In this document: positions 51,562 to 64,000 of the stretch, in pieces | Layout of the letters: every line of letters begins with the position of its first letter | Position numbering within the stretch: the stretch's first letter is position 1 | Origin: Azolla caroliniana | Taxonomy: Eukaryota; Plantae; Polypodiophyta | Reading direction: 5' to 3' | DNA: 64,000 bases | NCBI GenBank assembly: GCA_043228905.1 | Contig: JBHGNT010000005.1 | Location: forward strand, 62,001-126,000 | The notes under the pieces: generated by a model | The model's input: the letters and a program-made list of their open reading frames with translations, nothing else | Databases searched by the model: none | Told to the model about the DNA's origin: nothing | Translations under genes and position numbers: made by a program

Positions 51562-54063
51562 TCATTTTTCATCCTCTTTTACGATTCCCTCTATCTTCAA
51601 GCTTTTTATATCATCAAAACTCATTGATCCTGAGATCTTATTCATTTCATCAACAAAGTCATTATGGGTATGTTGTAACCTATAGGCCTTCATCATATTA
51701 ATTGCAAAAGCTGCATCTTCTCCTCTACCAGCAGCATTAAATATATTTGAGAGTGTGACATAAGCTGAAGATTTGATTGGATCAAGCCGAAGGAGTCTAT
51801 GTGCAGCTCGAACCGCCCTTTCAGCATCTACTTGGTTGCGGCAAGCACCAAGCAACGTTGTCCATGTCACAACTGAGGGAGTGAAAGGTAATCTTTTGAT
51901 TAATTCCTCAGCTTCATCTAGCATTCCAGCTCGGGCAAGCATATCAATCATGCAATTGTAATGATCTGCATTTGGTGGCATACTATGCTTGTGTGTCATA
52001 GAATAAAAACAGCCATAGCCTTCATTTAATAGGCCAGCATGACTACAAGCTGAAAGAACACATACCAATGTAACTGCATTAGGAATTACACCATTAGATC
52101 TCATTCTACCAAACAAGTTCAATGCGTTTTCTGCAAGGCCATTTTGTGCATAGACCGATAGCATGCCATTCCATGACACCACATTCTTCTCTGGCATTCT
52201 TTTGAACAAGGAATTTGCATAGTCTAAGCTACCACATTTTCCATACATATTGATAAGTGCATTTCCTACCACAACATCAGTTTCAATTTGTGTTCCCAAG
52301 ATAGAAGTGTGCAGACGTCGACCTTCCAAAAGAGCAGCTTTACTAGCATATAAGGAGAACATATTTACATAACTGATATTGTCCCTCTTCAGCATGATAT
52401 CAAAGAATAAATGTGCATCTTTGAGACTACCACATTTCCCATACATATTGATCAAAGAATTTCCAATATTTGTATCTGAATTGAGCCAAGATAGGGCAAT
52501 ACGAGCATGTAACTGTTTACCTTCTCGGAAATAATTTTCATCATTACACAATGCTATCACACTAACAAAGGTGATCTTATCAGGTACACCCCCTTCTTCA
52601 TGCATTTGAAAGAAAAGTTGAAGAGCCAAATCACCTTGTTCATGTTGAGAATAAGCAGTGATGATTGCATTCCAGCAAGCTGTATCAAGTTCATTCATCA
52701 TGTGAAAAATATCCCAAGCATCTATAATACAATGGCATTTTCCATACATGTGAATAAGGGCAGTTCCCAAGACAATATCTAATTCAAATCCGGCACTTCG
52801 TATGGAGGCATGGAGATGTTTTCCTTGTCTTTCCTCCCCTAAGCTAGCACAAGCATCAATACTACTTACAAACGTGATTTTGTTCGGCATCATTCCTTCT
52901 TGAATCATCTGCCGAAGCAAAGACATGGCTCGAACACCTTGCCCATTCTGGGCATATCCAGATAGCAATGAGTTCCATGATATCAAATTGTGGTCAGTTA
53001 TTTGATCAAAGACCAGCCATGCTTCTCGTGAGCCCCCACATTTTCCATACATATTGATCAGAGAATTCTCGATTACCACATCAGACCCTAAACCCTCTCC
53101 TAACCAGCATTCATGGAGCTTCTTGGCTTCTTCAAGGGACGATTCACAAGCACAAGCAGTAAAGATATTGAGAAATGTGACCTTATCTCGTTGTTCCATC
53201 ATATTGAATACTACAAGAGCATCAGCCAAGCTCCCACATTTTCCATACATAGCAATAAGGGCATTACAAGCTACAATATCGTATTCAAGCTCAGTGCCCT
53301 TAATGCGATCGTGAATCCATTGGCCATCGGACAGAGCTGATGGGTTTGAACACGAGCCAAGAAGTGATATAAGTGTAGCAATGTTAGGCAAAAGCTCGAG
53401 TTTGCACATTTCTCCAAAGAGATCTATCCCCATCTTTCGGTGCCCATGTTGTGCATATCCGGAAATAATAGCATTCCAAGCTGCTGAATCTCTACTGGCC
53501 ATTCTATCAAATACACCTTTAGCATGGTGTAGCTGACCACATTTGGCATACATACTAAGAATGGAAGTTTGAAGAACTACATCGGACAGGTATTCACATG
53601 CAACAACAACACGAGCATGTATTGACTTCCCATACAGGACAACCCTACCACTATAATCCGATGAAAACAAAGATAGAAGAGTGACATAGAGGTACCTATT
53701 AGGCATGTTTCCTTCTTGCAGTGCTTGTTCAAAAAGTTGAACACCTGAGGGCACATCACCAGAATTAACATAAGATTTGAGCATGAAGTTCCATGAGTAA
53801 ATGTCTCGAACTGACATTGATTCGAAGAAGGAAAGGGATTCTTCAGGTGCCCCACAATTTGCATACATCTGAACGACTAAATTTGAAAGGAAAATGTTGC
53901 ATTGTAGAAGACATTTGATCTTATTGTGGAGAAGCTTGCATACCTGAAGGGATTCTGACCTCCCAGCAGACCGAAGCAGAGATGGGTAGTCTGCTTTCCA
54001 AGAAGAAGAAGAAGAAGACGAATGGTCCATTTTCTTCTTCCTCTTCCTGTTGCTGCTTGCCAT
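51562..54063 (-). CDS. PLS-class PPR protein with E domain and no DYW (putative organellar RNA editing/processing factor)
   Basis: Intact 833-aa single-exon ORF with P-L-S repeats (NALINMYGKCGSL, NVVSWNGMLSVYAQNG, PNAVTLVCVLSACSHAGLL) and E domain HYNCMIDMLARAG..WTTLLGACR..AYVTLSNIF. No PG box or DYW motif. Confidence 0.95.
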   Translation of the reverse strand: MASSNRKRKKKMDHSSSSSSSWKADYPSLLRSAGRSESLQVCKLLHNKIKCLLQCNIFLSNLVVQMYANCGAPEESLSFFESMSVRDIYSWNFMLKSYVNSGDVPSGVQLFEQALQEGNMPNRYLYVTLLSLFSSDYSGRVVLYGKSIHARVVVACEYLSDVVLQTSILSMYAKCGQLHHAKGVFDRMASRDSAAWNAIISGYAQHGHRKMGIDLFGEMCKLELLPNIATLISLLGSCSNPSALSDGQWIHDRIKGTELEYDIVACNALIAMYGKCGSLADALVVFNMMEQRDKVTFLNIFTACACESSLEEAKKLHECWLGEGLGSDVVIENSLINMYGKCGGSREAWLVFDQITDHNLISWNSLLSGYAQNGQGVRAMSLLRQMIQEGMMPNKITFVSSIDACASLGEERQGKHLHASIRSAGFELDIVLGTALIHMYGKCHCIIDAWDIFHMMNELDTACWNAIITAYSQHEQGDLALQLFFQMHEEGGVPDKITFVSVIALCNDENYFREGKQLHARIALSWLNSDTNIGNSLINMYGKCGSLKDAHLFFDIMLKRDNISYVNMFSLYASKAALLEGRRLHTSILGTQIETDVVVGNALINMYGKCGSLDYANSLFKRMPEKNVVSWNGMLSVYAQNGLAENALNLFGRMRSNGVIPNAVTLVCVLSACSHAGLLNEGYGCFYSMTHKHSMPPNADHYNCMIDMLARAGMLDEAEELIKRLPFTPSVVTWTTLLGACRNQVDAERAVRAAHRLLRLDPIKSSAYVTLSNIFNAAGRGEDAAFAINMMKAYRLQHTHNDFVDEMNKISGSMSFDDIKSLKIEGIVKEDEK

Positions 54064-55623
54064 GGAAGTGTTGAGCAGGAGAAGGTCTCAGAAAGCTTCA
54101 TCTGTCAGCAATGACTAGTGGGTGCTTTCATCATTTCATCGCTTTGTTTTCCAAACATCCTCTTCCTAGCTCAACAAAGAATTATGTCTTACGTAGAGAG
54201 GGGGGTATTCTGGTAAAGTTGTTTGAATGCTAGTCTCTAGACACGGTATTCTTTGTGGTAGATACATACACAAAAGCTTCGGGGTGTTTAGGTGTTTCTA
54301 TCATATATATTTGAAACACGCTCTATGTATTCCTATCCACTAGCACCAAGTAGTCAGATCATGGGGTCTAATACTCTAGCAAACTTGTCAAGACAAGGGC
54401 CCTAATGTATGGGCACTGACGCTAGAATGACTGAACTCACAAACCATGCAACACTACTACAAGGAAAAAGTAAAGTCAAAAAGTCAAGCAACCAACAATA
54501 GAAGCAACAAAAACATGATGCAAATGGGAAACAATTTTACATATCCACTTCACATCTAGAAAGCTTGATGTCCATGTCCTATATATACCAAGATAGCACA
54601 AAGTTTTGTGGTTGTAAGGTGGAATGTTTATGTCGGATGCAAACTTAATTCATGCCAAAACTGATTCATTCACTCTGGAGTTGCCATTCATGTGCAAAAA
54701 CAATCTCCAACATTGATCTCATAAAATCCATGTAAAAAACATTGGCCATACTAAGATCCTCTTTAAAAATAGATGCACCAATAACATTGAATCCAATCAA
54801 ACACCATGATACGAGAGCTAATAGAACCAATGCACATTTGAGTCTCAACTCTTGACAACGGATTGTTTACTTTGTGGATTCAAAAAAAATTATGTATATG
54901 ATTTGGGCTTTGGATGTGCAATATGCCCAATGAGAACAAACCGTGAAAAAAATGCATATTGCAGTATGTTTTCTACAGTAATACAATTTTTGCTTTCGTT
55001 AGAGAATGAGGAGCCACAATAGCTATGATGGCTCCAAACAATCTTACAAAAAAAATTACAACATGAGGATCTTACATTTGCTACACATCCTCAGAACCAC
55101 CAGAAAACCCAAATGTCAAGGTGGTCGGTGCTTCTGCTTTCACAGATGTCAGTTCTACAATATCTATATCAAAATCAATTGGGTTGAAATCCCCCTCTTT
55201 TCCCTTCTAAATACAGAAAGCTTCTTCTTTGGAAAATATAGAAATGTAGAAGCTAATATACACAAAATCTCTCTCAGGCAGCTCACGGCAATGAGAAGTC
55301 TCGAAATATTCATGAGGGACTAAATAATGGGTTTTCTTCTTGCAGCTTCATAAAGGACCTGCACACTAGAACACATCCCCAAATATAGGATTGATTGCAA
55401 TCCACCATTGTGTGTACTCTCATTTGCACAAAAAATGTTGTTATAATGCACATGTAGCTCACATCCTCTGCTCCAGATTATTACATCTTTCATAAGCTGA
55501 GAAAGTGATCACAGTTGGCCCACACAAAAAAAGAGCACATGCCCCTCCGCGGCACTATTCTCTTCTTCGATTTGATCCCTTGTAGTGCCCATCCATTTTA
55601 AAGTCTCTGATTTCTTCCATAAA

Positions 55624-58600
55624 TCAGCTGTTGTTAACTTTCCTAGGAGAGAATGGCATATCAAAGTCCCGTGTCAGCGAAGTAGATTTCAGGAACTTGT
55701 TCTCAAGCGGAGAGTTTTTGAGTCGTTCCCTCTCAGCCTCTTTTTCTGCCTTCGGAGAGAATGGCATATCCAAGTCCCGTGTCATCGAAGTAGATTTCAG
55801 GAACTTGTTCTCAAGCAAAGAGTTTTTGAGTCGTTCCTTCTCAGCCTCTTTTTCTGTCTTCTTCTTCTCCATCTCAACCAGCTTGGCATTTTCTTCCAAT
55901 GCTTTCTTGAAGGTATTTACAAAGTTGTTAAGTATTGATGTAACTGCATGGGAATCAGCAATGAGTAGCCACTCTAGAGAATATAAGCTAGGCATTATTG
56001 AGAATATAAGCTAAGGTGTACTGTGACTCCAGTTGATTATTATGAACTATTCAAGACAAGATATTACATGCAACGCATAGTGCAATGCCTTGCCTCTAGT
56101 TTGCAGATATGATGATAATTTAACCTTTTGGAACCAATGTGTGTGTTCAAGGAAGAGAGAGAGAGAGTTTTTATAACGGTTAATCACTAATACACGAGAT
56201 ATATTGCATAATTGCTAGTAGTTTAGTATTATTCTAGATCAAGCCTTTATATATATTATTCTTCAAATTAAGCTTTCAAAACCAATAATTGCCCCTCAGA
56301 GAATGCTGTTTTTACCTTGCTCAAATGGACAGCGTGCAGGATCCTCTCCAAAGTATTGTGCAAGAGAGTCAGCATTCCTACCCTACAGTATATATCCACA
56401 ATCATGGCAATAAAATCCCTCAAAAAATATAATTATAAAAGAACTGTAGCCTCAAAAATGTAAAATTCAATAAATCATATGGCATACCACTTCTGCATAT
56501 AAACTTGCCAACGACTTAACTTCTGTCTCTGCAGTGCTGAGAAAAACCTTCAAAACCTTAGGAGACAAAAGACATTTAACAATGGGTCAATAAAAAAAGA
56601 ACAAAAACAAGAGATAGCAAACCAGTAACTCGCATGTCCAAACAGAAAACTTAGAATGTATTCGAGAAAGAATGATAGACTCTAACATTTGAAAAGCACT
56701 AGTAAATAGGCAAATTTCAAAAGAAAATAATAAATAACCATTAACTTGCAGGTCCAAGACACACCCCAACAAAAAAGCATAAAATATATTCTAGAGATAA
56801 CAATATGTTCTATAGATTAGACAGAAAAACAGAGGTGTATTCTAGAAAGAACAATATTTTTATAGGCTAATCTCAATAACATTAAAAGTGAAGTTTGGAT
56901 GATGTGAGTTATCGTATCAGCAGTACATTCTAGAGACAAATAATGCAATGATGTGCCTAGTACAATGTTTATAGCGTTCCCTTTAACTTACTTACGACCC
57001 CAAACTTTAATATTGAAACAAAATTAAGATGATGCATAATGCATATACTATTATTTTTAAATTAGGTAGATTTCAATTGCCTGTATGCTTTAAGACACAA
57101 GAGTCCAAGCTGACTCAGCGGCTGTGGTGCTATCTTAGTATGGAATAAAGTTTTAAAGAAAAATGATCATACAAACTGTATCCATTCACCTGTCGAAATC
57201 CTTCAGAAACGGGACCATCATTTTCTGATGCAGTGAGTTCCTCATAAACCTTCTCTAGACCTTTACTAACTGCCTGCATCTCCTCTGCTAAAGACTTCAA
57301 CTGGATCTGTCACCATTACAGATAAATAAACAAAAGCAATTTAAGTACAAATGATAGAAACCAGTAAAAGCCCTTTCTGGCATCAAAGGAGAAGAGATTC
57401 CTCTCTAACCTTAGTTGCAGCATCTAAATGTACAAGTTCTTTGTCAAAGTCAAGTAGCTCTGGTATCTTTTCTGAAATCACCTGGTAAGTAAATGCCGAA
57501 AATCAACTAGCTATCAAGAAGATTCCTCATTTTCACAACAATAAAACATATATCCAGTTTAATTTACGTTAATTATGTCCCTCAACAAGCACATTCACAT
57601 GCGAATTGGACATTATGAACTGCCTGGAAATCACATCAGTTGAGCATGATATTATATTTATATTGCAGGTACAGTATGCACATTACATGCTCATCTGACT
57701 AGAATTAGAGATGTTGGACATGTCACAACATAAAGCATGCATAAAAGGTTGAGTCATCTAGGACCATTAATTTATTTGCCATCTACCTTCATTAATATCT
57801 GAATCAAAATTATACATTAGTAATTTTAACCTTACTTTTCTTGCATTAATTTTGTGGATCAATTTTCGTTTCATATGTACATAAATATGAATCTTTCTCT
57901 AGAGGAATATTTTATGCATACCTTGCATAGATAATGCATAAGTGTCATTTTGTTATTGCGAGCACGGGTATCAGTTAGTTTTGAAAGACTATCAAGCTTG
58001 AACCCAACAGCTGACCCTGCATTTGATAGAAAATCCTCAAAACATGTTCACAACCAGCATTCACACCATTTAAAAAAACAATTGATACCTCGAGCAGTTC
58101 CTTGATTTAAAGCATTGCCGAGGGAGAGGATAGTCTGCATGATTCTCCGTAACTTTAAAGAGGCTTTCACCTTTAGCAATCACATGCACAACATAGACAC
58201 CTAATTTAGATATGCAGCAAACGATCAAGAAGCAGTATCAGTACAATAGTAAGCTTTGAAATCATACTTCTGACGATGCAGCATTTATGACCTCCAAACT
58301 TGTTTTAAGATCTTGAACCTGCAGCAACAAGGTATCAGCCGTTACACCTTTGCAAAAGAAAGAACTATCCAGCTCTGACAGCCCGCTAAGTTACCTGGGT
58401 GGTAAACTGAATCTTGAAAGAGAAAACCCTCAATTTTGCCTCTGCTCTAGGCACTCTCATTAATTCCAAGAAAAACTGCAAACCATATCAAACCTTTAGC
58501 TCTATGAAATCAAAAGGACAGCTGTATAAGATGTCTGGGCTTACATACTAGGAACGGAGCAAATATTCAACAGAAAGAGAGAGACAGAGAGAAGAACAAC

Positions 58601-61600
58601 AAAAAATAAATAACAATCAGATGAGAACATAAGAGGAAAAGGCATTCCAAAAACATATACACAATGCGTGAAACGAGCACACAAAATATGTGTATGTAAG
58701 CACACATGATAACGCAATCGAAGAATAATTCAAGGATCGTCAATCTATTTCATCAAAATACACTATTAAGTTCCCTACTTTTATACAACCTGCTTACAAC
58801 ACGCATACAAAATGAAGAAATCCACAAATACTCAAATACAAGATTGTTCAGAGACATAAAATAGGCCTCAATTAGAAACTGAGAGATATATAATTGTATT
58901 GAGCTTGCATACAGAGTGGAAGCTTCTGCAATCAGCTATACATGACTATAGTGACTGGAATAAACAATTAAAATGCAATCTATCTCTGAAACTAGCCGGT
59001 ACATAAAGAGGAGAGGTTGACGAGACATTCTGTGCACAGCACAATGCCTTGTATTACCTCTTCTTATTAAAATCATTAGAACTATTTTACCAAAACCTCC
59101 AGTTTGATAAAAAGATCAACACTATTTTCATCTTAAACTACAGGCCAGCGGAAATTTACACATTAGGCTTCTTAAAAGTGTAGATTGCCTCTTTGGAGGG
59201 GCAGTGAGGTTTGCAATATGAAGACCCTTCTTCGCATTTATTTTGGATTTTATCAAAACCTCCAGTTTAATGGAAAGATAATGACACTATTTTTTCATCT
59301 TAAACTACAGGCCAGAAGAAATTTATACATTAGGCTTCTTAAAACTGTAGATTGCCCCTTTGGAGGGGTTGTGAGGTTTGCAATATGAAGACCCTTCTTA
59401 ATCTTCATTTTGGATGTGAATATTTCTAATTTTGGGCAGCATCTTAATATTGGCCCTCTGCCCTAAATCTATTACATTTTAAATCAGCTTGATTCGTATA
59501 TTTGCGACCGCAATTATATTATCCTTATTCATATATTTAAGGCTGCAATTACATCTTATATTGTGCCATAAAATAGCCTACATGATATTTGAGAAAACCC
59601 ATATTAGAAAATTTACCTGTTCACACTTCCCTAGAGTCTCTTTATCACCATCGAAAGCCTGAATTCACACCAAAAACAAAATCTTCTCATATTTCTTATA
59701 ACATATAGCACTCAAAACACCCACATACAAAATCAACCAAACAATAGCCATAACCAGGTCAGAAAAGATACATGTTTAGCATTCCATGCAGCATTTAACA
59801 AGACTGCAAATGGGTTCTTCAAGTTATCACCCACAGGTTCAAAACAGTTTTTTCACCGTTGTGACAAAATTGAGGTGCCGAAGATTTGATTGACCATCAC
59901 TTCAGGAATTTTAGGCCATCTTTTCATATTTAGCAAGCATCATTCTACTCTTAGCTATTCATGCACCAAAAGTGCCAAGTTCAAAAAGAAAAATGAACTA
60001 TCGCATTATATTACTCGCAGGGTGTCCATCTCCTCTTTGGTTGGGCAAAACTTGATCAAATTTTCCACCTGATCAGAATCTAGAACTGCACTATCCAGGG
60101 CCAAGACTGCATTCTGCAAACATGGTGCAAGTTAAAGTTGTAAATTTCAGATATGATAGAGTTTGTAAGATTTGGTATAATGAAGCCAAAAAATGCTTAC
60201 CATCATGCTTGGAAGTGGCATCTTCACTTTTGTAAGCATGATCTCACAGTTGTTTGCCCTTCTCATATCAACCTACAGAAAGGAATTTAATTCCTTCAAG
60301 AAATACTCAGTGTGCAGACTACCAGATGTATTATTTCCTGCTTCGGAGCAAGAGAAGCTCGCCGTCCTCCAGCTTTATCAGCCCCTGGGGTTCCATTTGA
60401 GACCGGTGCTGCAGCTGAAAATAAACTCTCTAGTTCTGACAAATCAATCGCTGGTTGTCTGTAAATATATGAAATAAAATCAGACTGTGTGCACATATAT
60501 ATCAGAGTTCTACGTCTCACTGCTAACATAGAAACAAGGAAAAGAGAATTACATGGATTGCTCCTCTGATTTCTGGGCTTCACACCATACAGTGCCTTGT
60601 ATTATTCGAGTAACTTTCACCCAATGAAGTGGCTTCAAGGGGGCTTTTTTTATTGCAGCTGCTCCTGGAGGTCCTGATATAGATCCTGTTTGGGAAGGAG
60701 CATTGCCTTGTCCACCAGCAGGTGGTGGAGGGGGTGGCCCACCCCTACCTCTACCGAGAGGTGGGGGGGGAGGTCCTGGACCCTTAGATCCAGGTGGTGG
60801 AGGTGGTGGTGGAGCAGCTTTTCCCCCAGGGGGCGGTGGTGGTGGAGGAGCGCCTCTTCCTCCTGGGGGTGGGGGTGGCGGTGGCGGAGCACCTCGACCC
60901 CCAGGAGGTGGAGGAGGCGGAGGTGGTGGGGCACCTCTTCCCCCTGGGGGTGGAGGAGGTGGGGGTGGAGCACCTCTTCCTCCTGGGGGTGGAGGTGGGG
61001 GTGGGGGTGGGGGTGGTGGGGCACCTCTTCCCCCTGGGGGTGGGGGTGGGGGTGGGGGAGCACCCCTTCCCCCTGGGGGTGGAGGAGGTGGAGGTGGGGG
61101 TGGGGGAGCACCTCTTCGCACCGAGGGTGGAGGAGGTGGTGGGGGTGGGGGTGGGGGTGGGGGGGGTGGCAGGGCACCATTTCCCCCTGGGGTTGGGCGC
61201 AGTGATGGCGGTGGCGGTGGCGGTGGTGGGGGGGGTGGTGGAGCACCTTTCCCACCAGGAGGTGGCGGCGGTGGTGGTGGTGGANNNNNNNNNNNNNNNN
61301 NNNNNNNNNNNNNNNNNNNNNNNNNNNNNNNNNNNNNNNNNNNNNNNNNNNNNNNNNNNNNNNNNNNNNNNNNNNNNNNNNNNNAACAAAAGGCAGTCCA
61401 TGTGGTGAGCTCAAGGGTGACGCAACGTCTAGAGGACCCTGATGAGTTGTACCTTTTAGATAGGCAGTTTGTAAGTTTGAATACGGTGCAATGACACCTT
61501 TAGAGTCTTGATCACCATCAGCTGAATCTAACATTGTTGGTGGAAATGTTTGCTTGCTCCGTGCTGCCATCCTGTCAGTCACATCCCCAGGTAACAATTT

Positions 61601-63906
61601 GTCCAACCTCTCAAAACCATTAACTGATGAGATCTGCTGAAGAAACCATAGGGCTGCTGCCTCTCCATTGCCATCAACTTGACTGAAAAGTTCTTGCACT
61701 TTGGCAAAAGCTTCCATGGGTAAACCCCCCTTCTCTTCTCCTCCCAACAAAGGAGTAGATATCTTCTTGGGAGAAAAGTTCTCAATGTCACCAAATAAGA
61801 TCTGCTTGATCCATCCATACACATCAACGGTGGCAAGAACTCACAGCCAAAAGTAAGCAGCCAAAAGAACTCAATATACGAATGTTACCTCAGCTCGGAA
61901 GTCCTTCGGAAAGCGTTCTTTTGCATCCCACAGTATGTCAAGGTCATCAGAGCCTAGCATGAGAATATTGGAGCGAATGAAAGCAGTGTTGAACATGACA
62001 CGAAACATCATGGTCTCTCTGTCACTGTCTGCATCCAGATGTATGCACTCCAGCACCACATCACCTTGTACAGCACATTGGATGTCGATTTTCACAACAT
62101 CGCAATCAACCTGAAATGTTAAATTTCAGTTGAAATATTTCATCTAAGTAGCATGATTTCTCAGCACACCAGTAATATCACAATTACTCAGAACACCTGC
62201 AATATCATGATTTCTCAACACAGCAGTAACATTAGTGTACACAACGCAGATGGTAGAAGAGAGCAGGAAACAAAGTGACATGGCCTTTTTAATCGTTTAT
62301 TTCCTTTCCCATCCTCTTTTGTCACTCCCCATCCCATTTCCTGCCCCCACCTTGAAGTGCAGAAAAGTAACACCACTAAATACAGGCAAAGAACAGCTCA
62401 GGTAACAGCAAAACAATACGACAAAATAGCATAACTAGGATAGATGATACACAAGCACATTATTTTTGAAAATAAAATAAATTTTTTTTCTTTTAAATTT
62501 CTAGAAATTAGTTATCTGAATATTAGGATGTTCATACATAGTTCATCAAATCTCACAAGCACTAATCTGTCAGTGGGTTTCATAGAGAATATGATGAGTA
62601 TACATTCATTGCACATCCCAATACCACATTATGAACACTGAGAAAAACAGGTGCCAACCTGCCAGTAATATCATAATTATCCTACTAACAAATATCTGAA
62701 CATTTGAAGGTTTTACCCAATAACAGCTCGAATTCAAGAGGTAATGAGGCCTCCAGTTCAAATTATAAAAGTGATTTGCGAATATTGTAGGTGCAAATTA
62801 CACTGAACTCAAGTATTAACGAATATTGATGCACATCTCAATAAAAGTGTAGAATGGTAAGAAGTGCCTACCTACTGATAATACCATATTGTTGTATTAA
62901 TAGATACAATAACATTATGAAGCTTAAAACATCTCAAATTTTGCAACAAACATTGAAACTACCTCTGGGGGGTCCATATGAAAATTTAGAGAGAGACACC
63001 TATATCTCCAGTATTACAAGTTTAGGAAAATGACACAAACTGGATTTTTTTAACATTGTATAGCCCTAGTTTCATAAAGAATGCAGGATGCCTGGACTCA
63101 AAATTACTATCATTAAACAATGTATTGAATCAACCAAAAATATCCATTGCACAATTTTAAAACACTTTTTTCAAGAATATTAAATGAAGATTCAACCTGA
63201 CGATAATGCCGGATCGTTTTATTTTTCTTTCCTTGTGAGAACAGCATGTGTGTATTGTAAGATCCAAGACCACCACCACCTTCAGGATCTCGTCCATAGA
63301 TTCTCACAACAGGCCTACAACCTCCTTGTGTATCAAAGGTAGGGACAACTCTAAGGATAAGGCAATCCATGGTAAGAGCGCGTTCTACAGGCGGCCATTC
63401 AGGCACATTATTCCTTCTAGCCACATATTGCATATACCGGAGCTGAGAAGGCACCGGATTGAGAGGTGTTAAAAGCTGTAATAACCCTCGAGGGGCCTCC
63501 TTGTGAATCATCTCTAATGTTCTTTGTTCCCCTGTTTGAAGCTTTCTATAGATGAAAAAGCAAGCCATGATAAAAGCTAATAGAGGCCACCCACCTCTCT
63601 CACAATTTATCAATAAGATATTTGATGGCTTAGAAAGCCAGCTATCACTTGTTCTTAAGAAATGATGAATTATGACCATGGGTAAGAGAGGGCAACCTTC
63701 ATATTGCCTTGGGTAATCAATCACTGTGACATCATATTGGGATAAGATCTCAGAAAACTTGCTCTTCTTCTCCCCTTCTCTGAAATTGCAAGCCATGAAG
63801 GCGGATGATGCCGGGAATTCCTCATGAATCTGAGTCGCAATGTGTCGTAGAAATATCCTGAAGACCTCGTCCTCGAGAACCTCAGTCGAGAAACAGAGAT
63901 CAAAAA
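55624..63906 (-). CDS. Class II formin (PTEN-like, C2, FH1, FH2); first exon outside the window
   Basis: FDLCFSTE..NFREGEKKS..YPRQYEGCPLLP..NCERGGWP, QGDVVLECIH..MMFRVMFNTAFIRSNIL, poly-Pro FH1, and FH2 LKPLHWVKV, RRANNCEIMLTKV, QTILSLGNALNQGTARGSAVGFKLDSL, YFGEDPARCPFEQ. Exons approx. 63906-63197, 62110-61889, 61801-60553, 60458-60323, 60272-60201, 60113-60015, 59658-59617, 58475-58395, 58318-58268, 58170-58089, 58016-57922, 57481-57410, 57306-57190, 56556-56488, 56382-56316, 55943-55624. Confidence 0.95.
55646..55857 (-). repeat. 108-bp in-frame tandem duplication in the last formin exon
   Basis: EKEAE(K/R)ERLKNS(L/P)LENKFLKSTS(M/L)TRD(L/F)DMPFSP encoded twice. Confidence 0.95.
59084..59413. 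repeat. ~163-bp tandem duplication in a formin intron
   Basis: CAAAACCTCCAGTTT..CATCTTAAACTACAGGCCAG..GTGAGGTTTGCAATATGAAGACCCTTCTT x2. Confidence 0.92.
60720..61284 (-). repeat. FH1 poly-proline repeat array (GGRGAP-Pn units)
   Basis: G-rich plus strand with repeated GGRGAPPPPPPP(P) units running up to the gap. Confidence 0.95.
61285..61384. other. Assembly gap (100 N) within the FH1 exon
   Basis: Run of N. Confidence 1.
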
Positions 63907-64000
63907 CTGCAGAAAGATCGGAGACATTTCAAAATTCTATATCCTATTGTCCAATTCACCAATCAAGCCAACCCAGATCAAAAAGAAGGAAAATTGGGTG

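Noticed and set aside
60690-61494. Gly-rich and Trp-rich plus-strand ORFs
   Set aside because: Antisense and alternate frames of the formin FH1 repeats.

Overview
AT-rich, intron-containing land-plant nuclear DNA. It is probably from a fern or another non-seed plant; this is inferred from the PLS-PPR style and the RTE-like LINEs, not proven. Exons were inferred by hand from GT-AG sites and recalled homologue sequences. Left to right: an exocyst SEC6 gene (+, 5' end outside the window) with a 4-kb intron holding nested TE remnants; a decayed RTE-like LINE; a processed SFT1/Bet1-like SNARE pseudogene split by a solo-LTR-like insert; a class-3-lipase-like gene with a tandemly duplicated 3' end; a PLS-PPR pseudogene; HEMC (5 exons); a completely intronless, intact 1664-aa UGGT (the most striking feature, a probable retrogene); an MLF-domain gene; a PADRE/DUF4228 gene; a LINE fragment; scrambled relics of a class II formin; an intact PLS-E PPR gene; and a class II formin (-, 5' end outside the window, 100-N gap in FH1). 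Short 50-250 bp tandem duplications are unusually frequent. No RNA genes or CRISPR arrays could be supported, and I found no convincing new multi-gene system.
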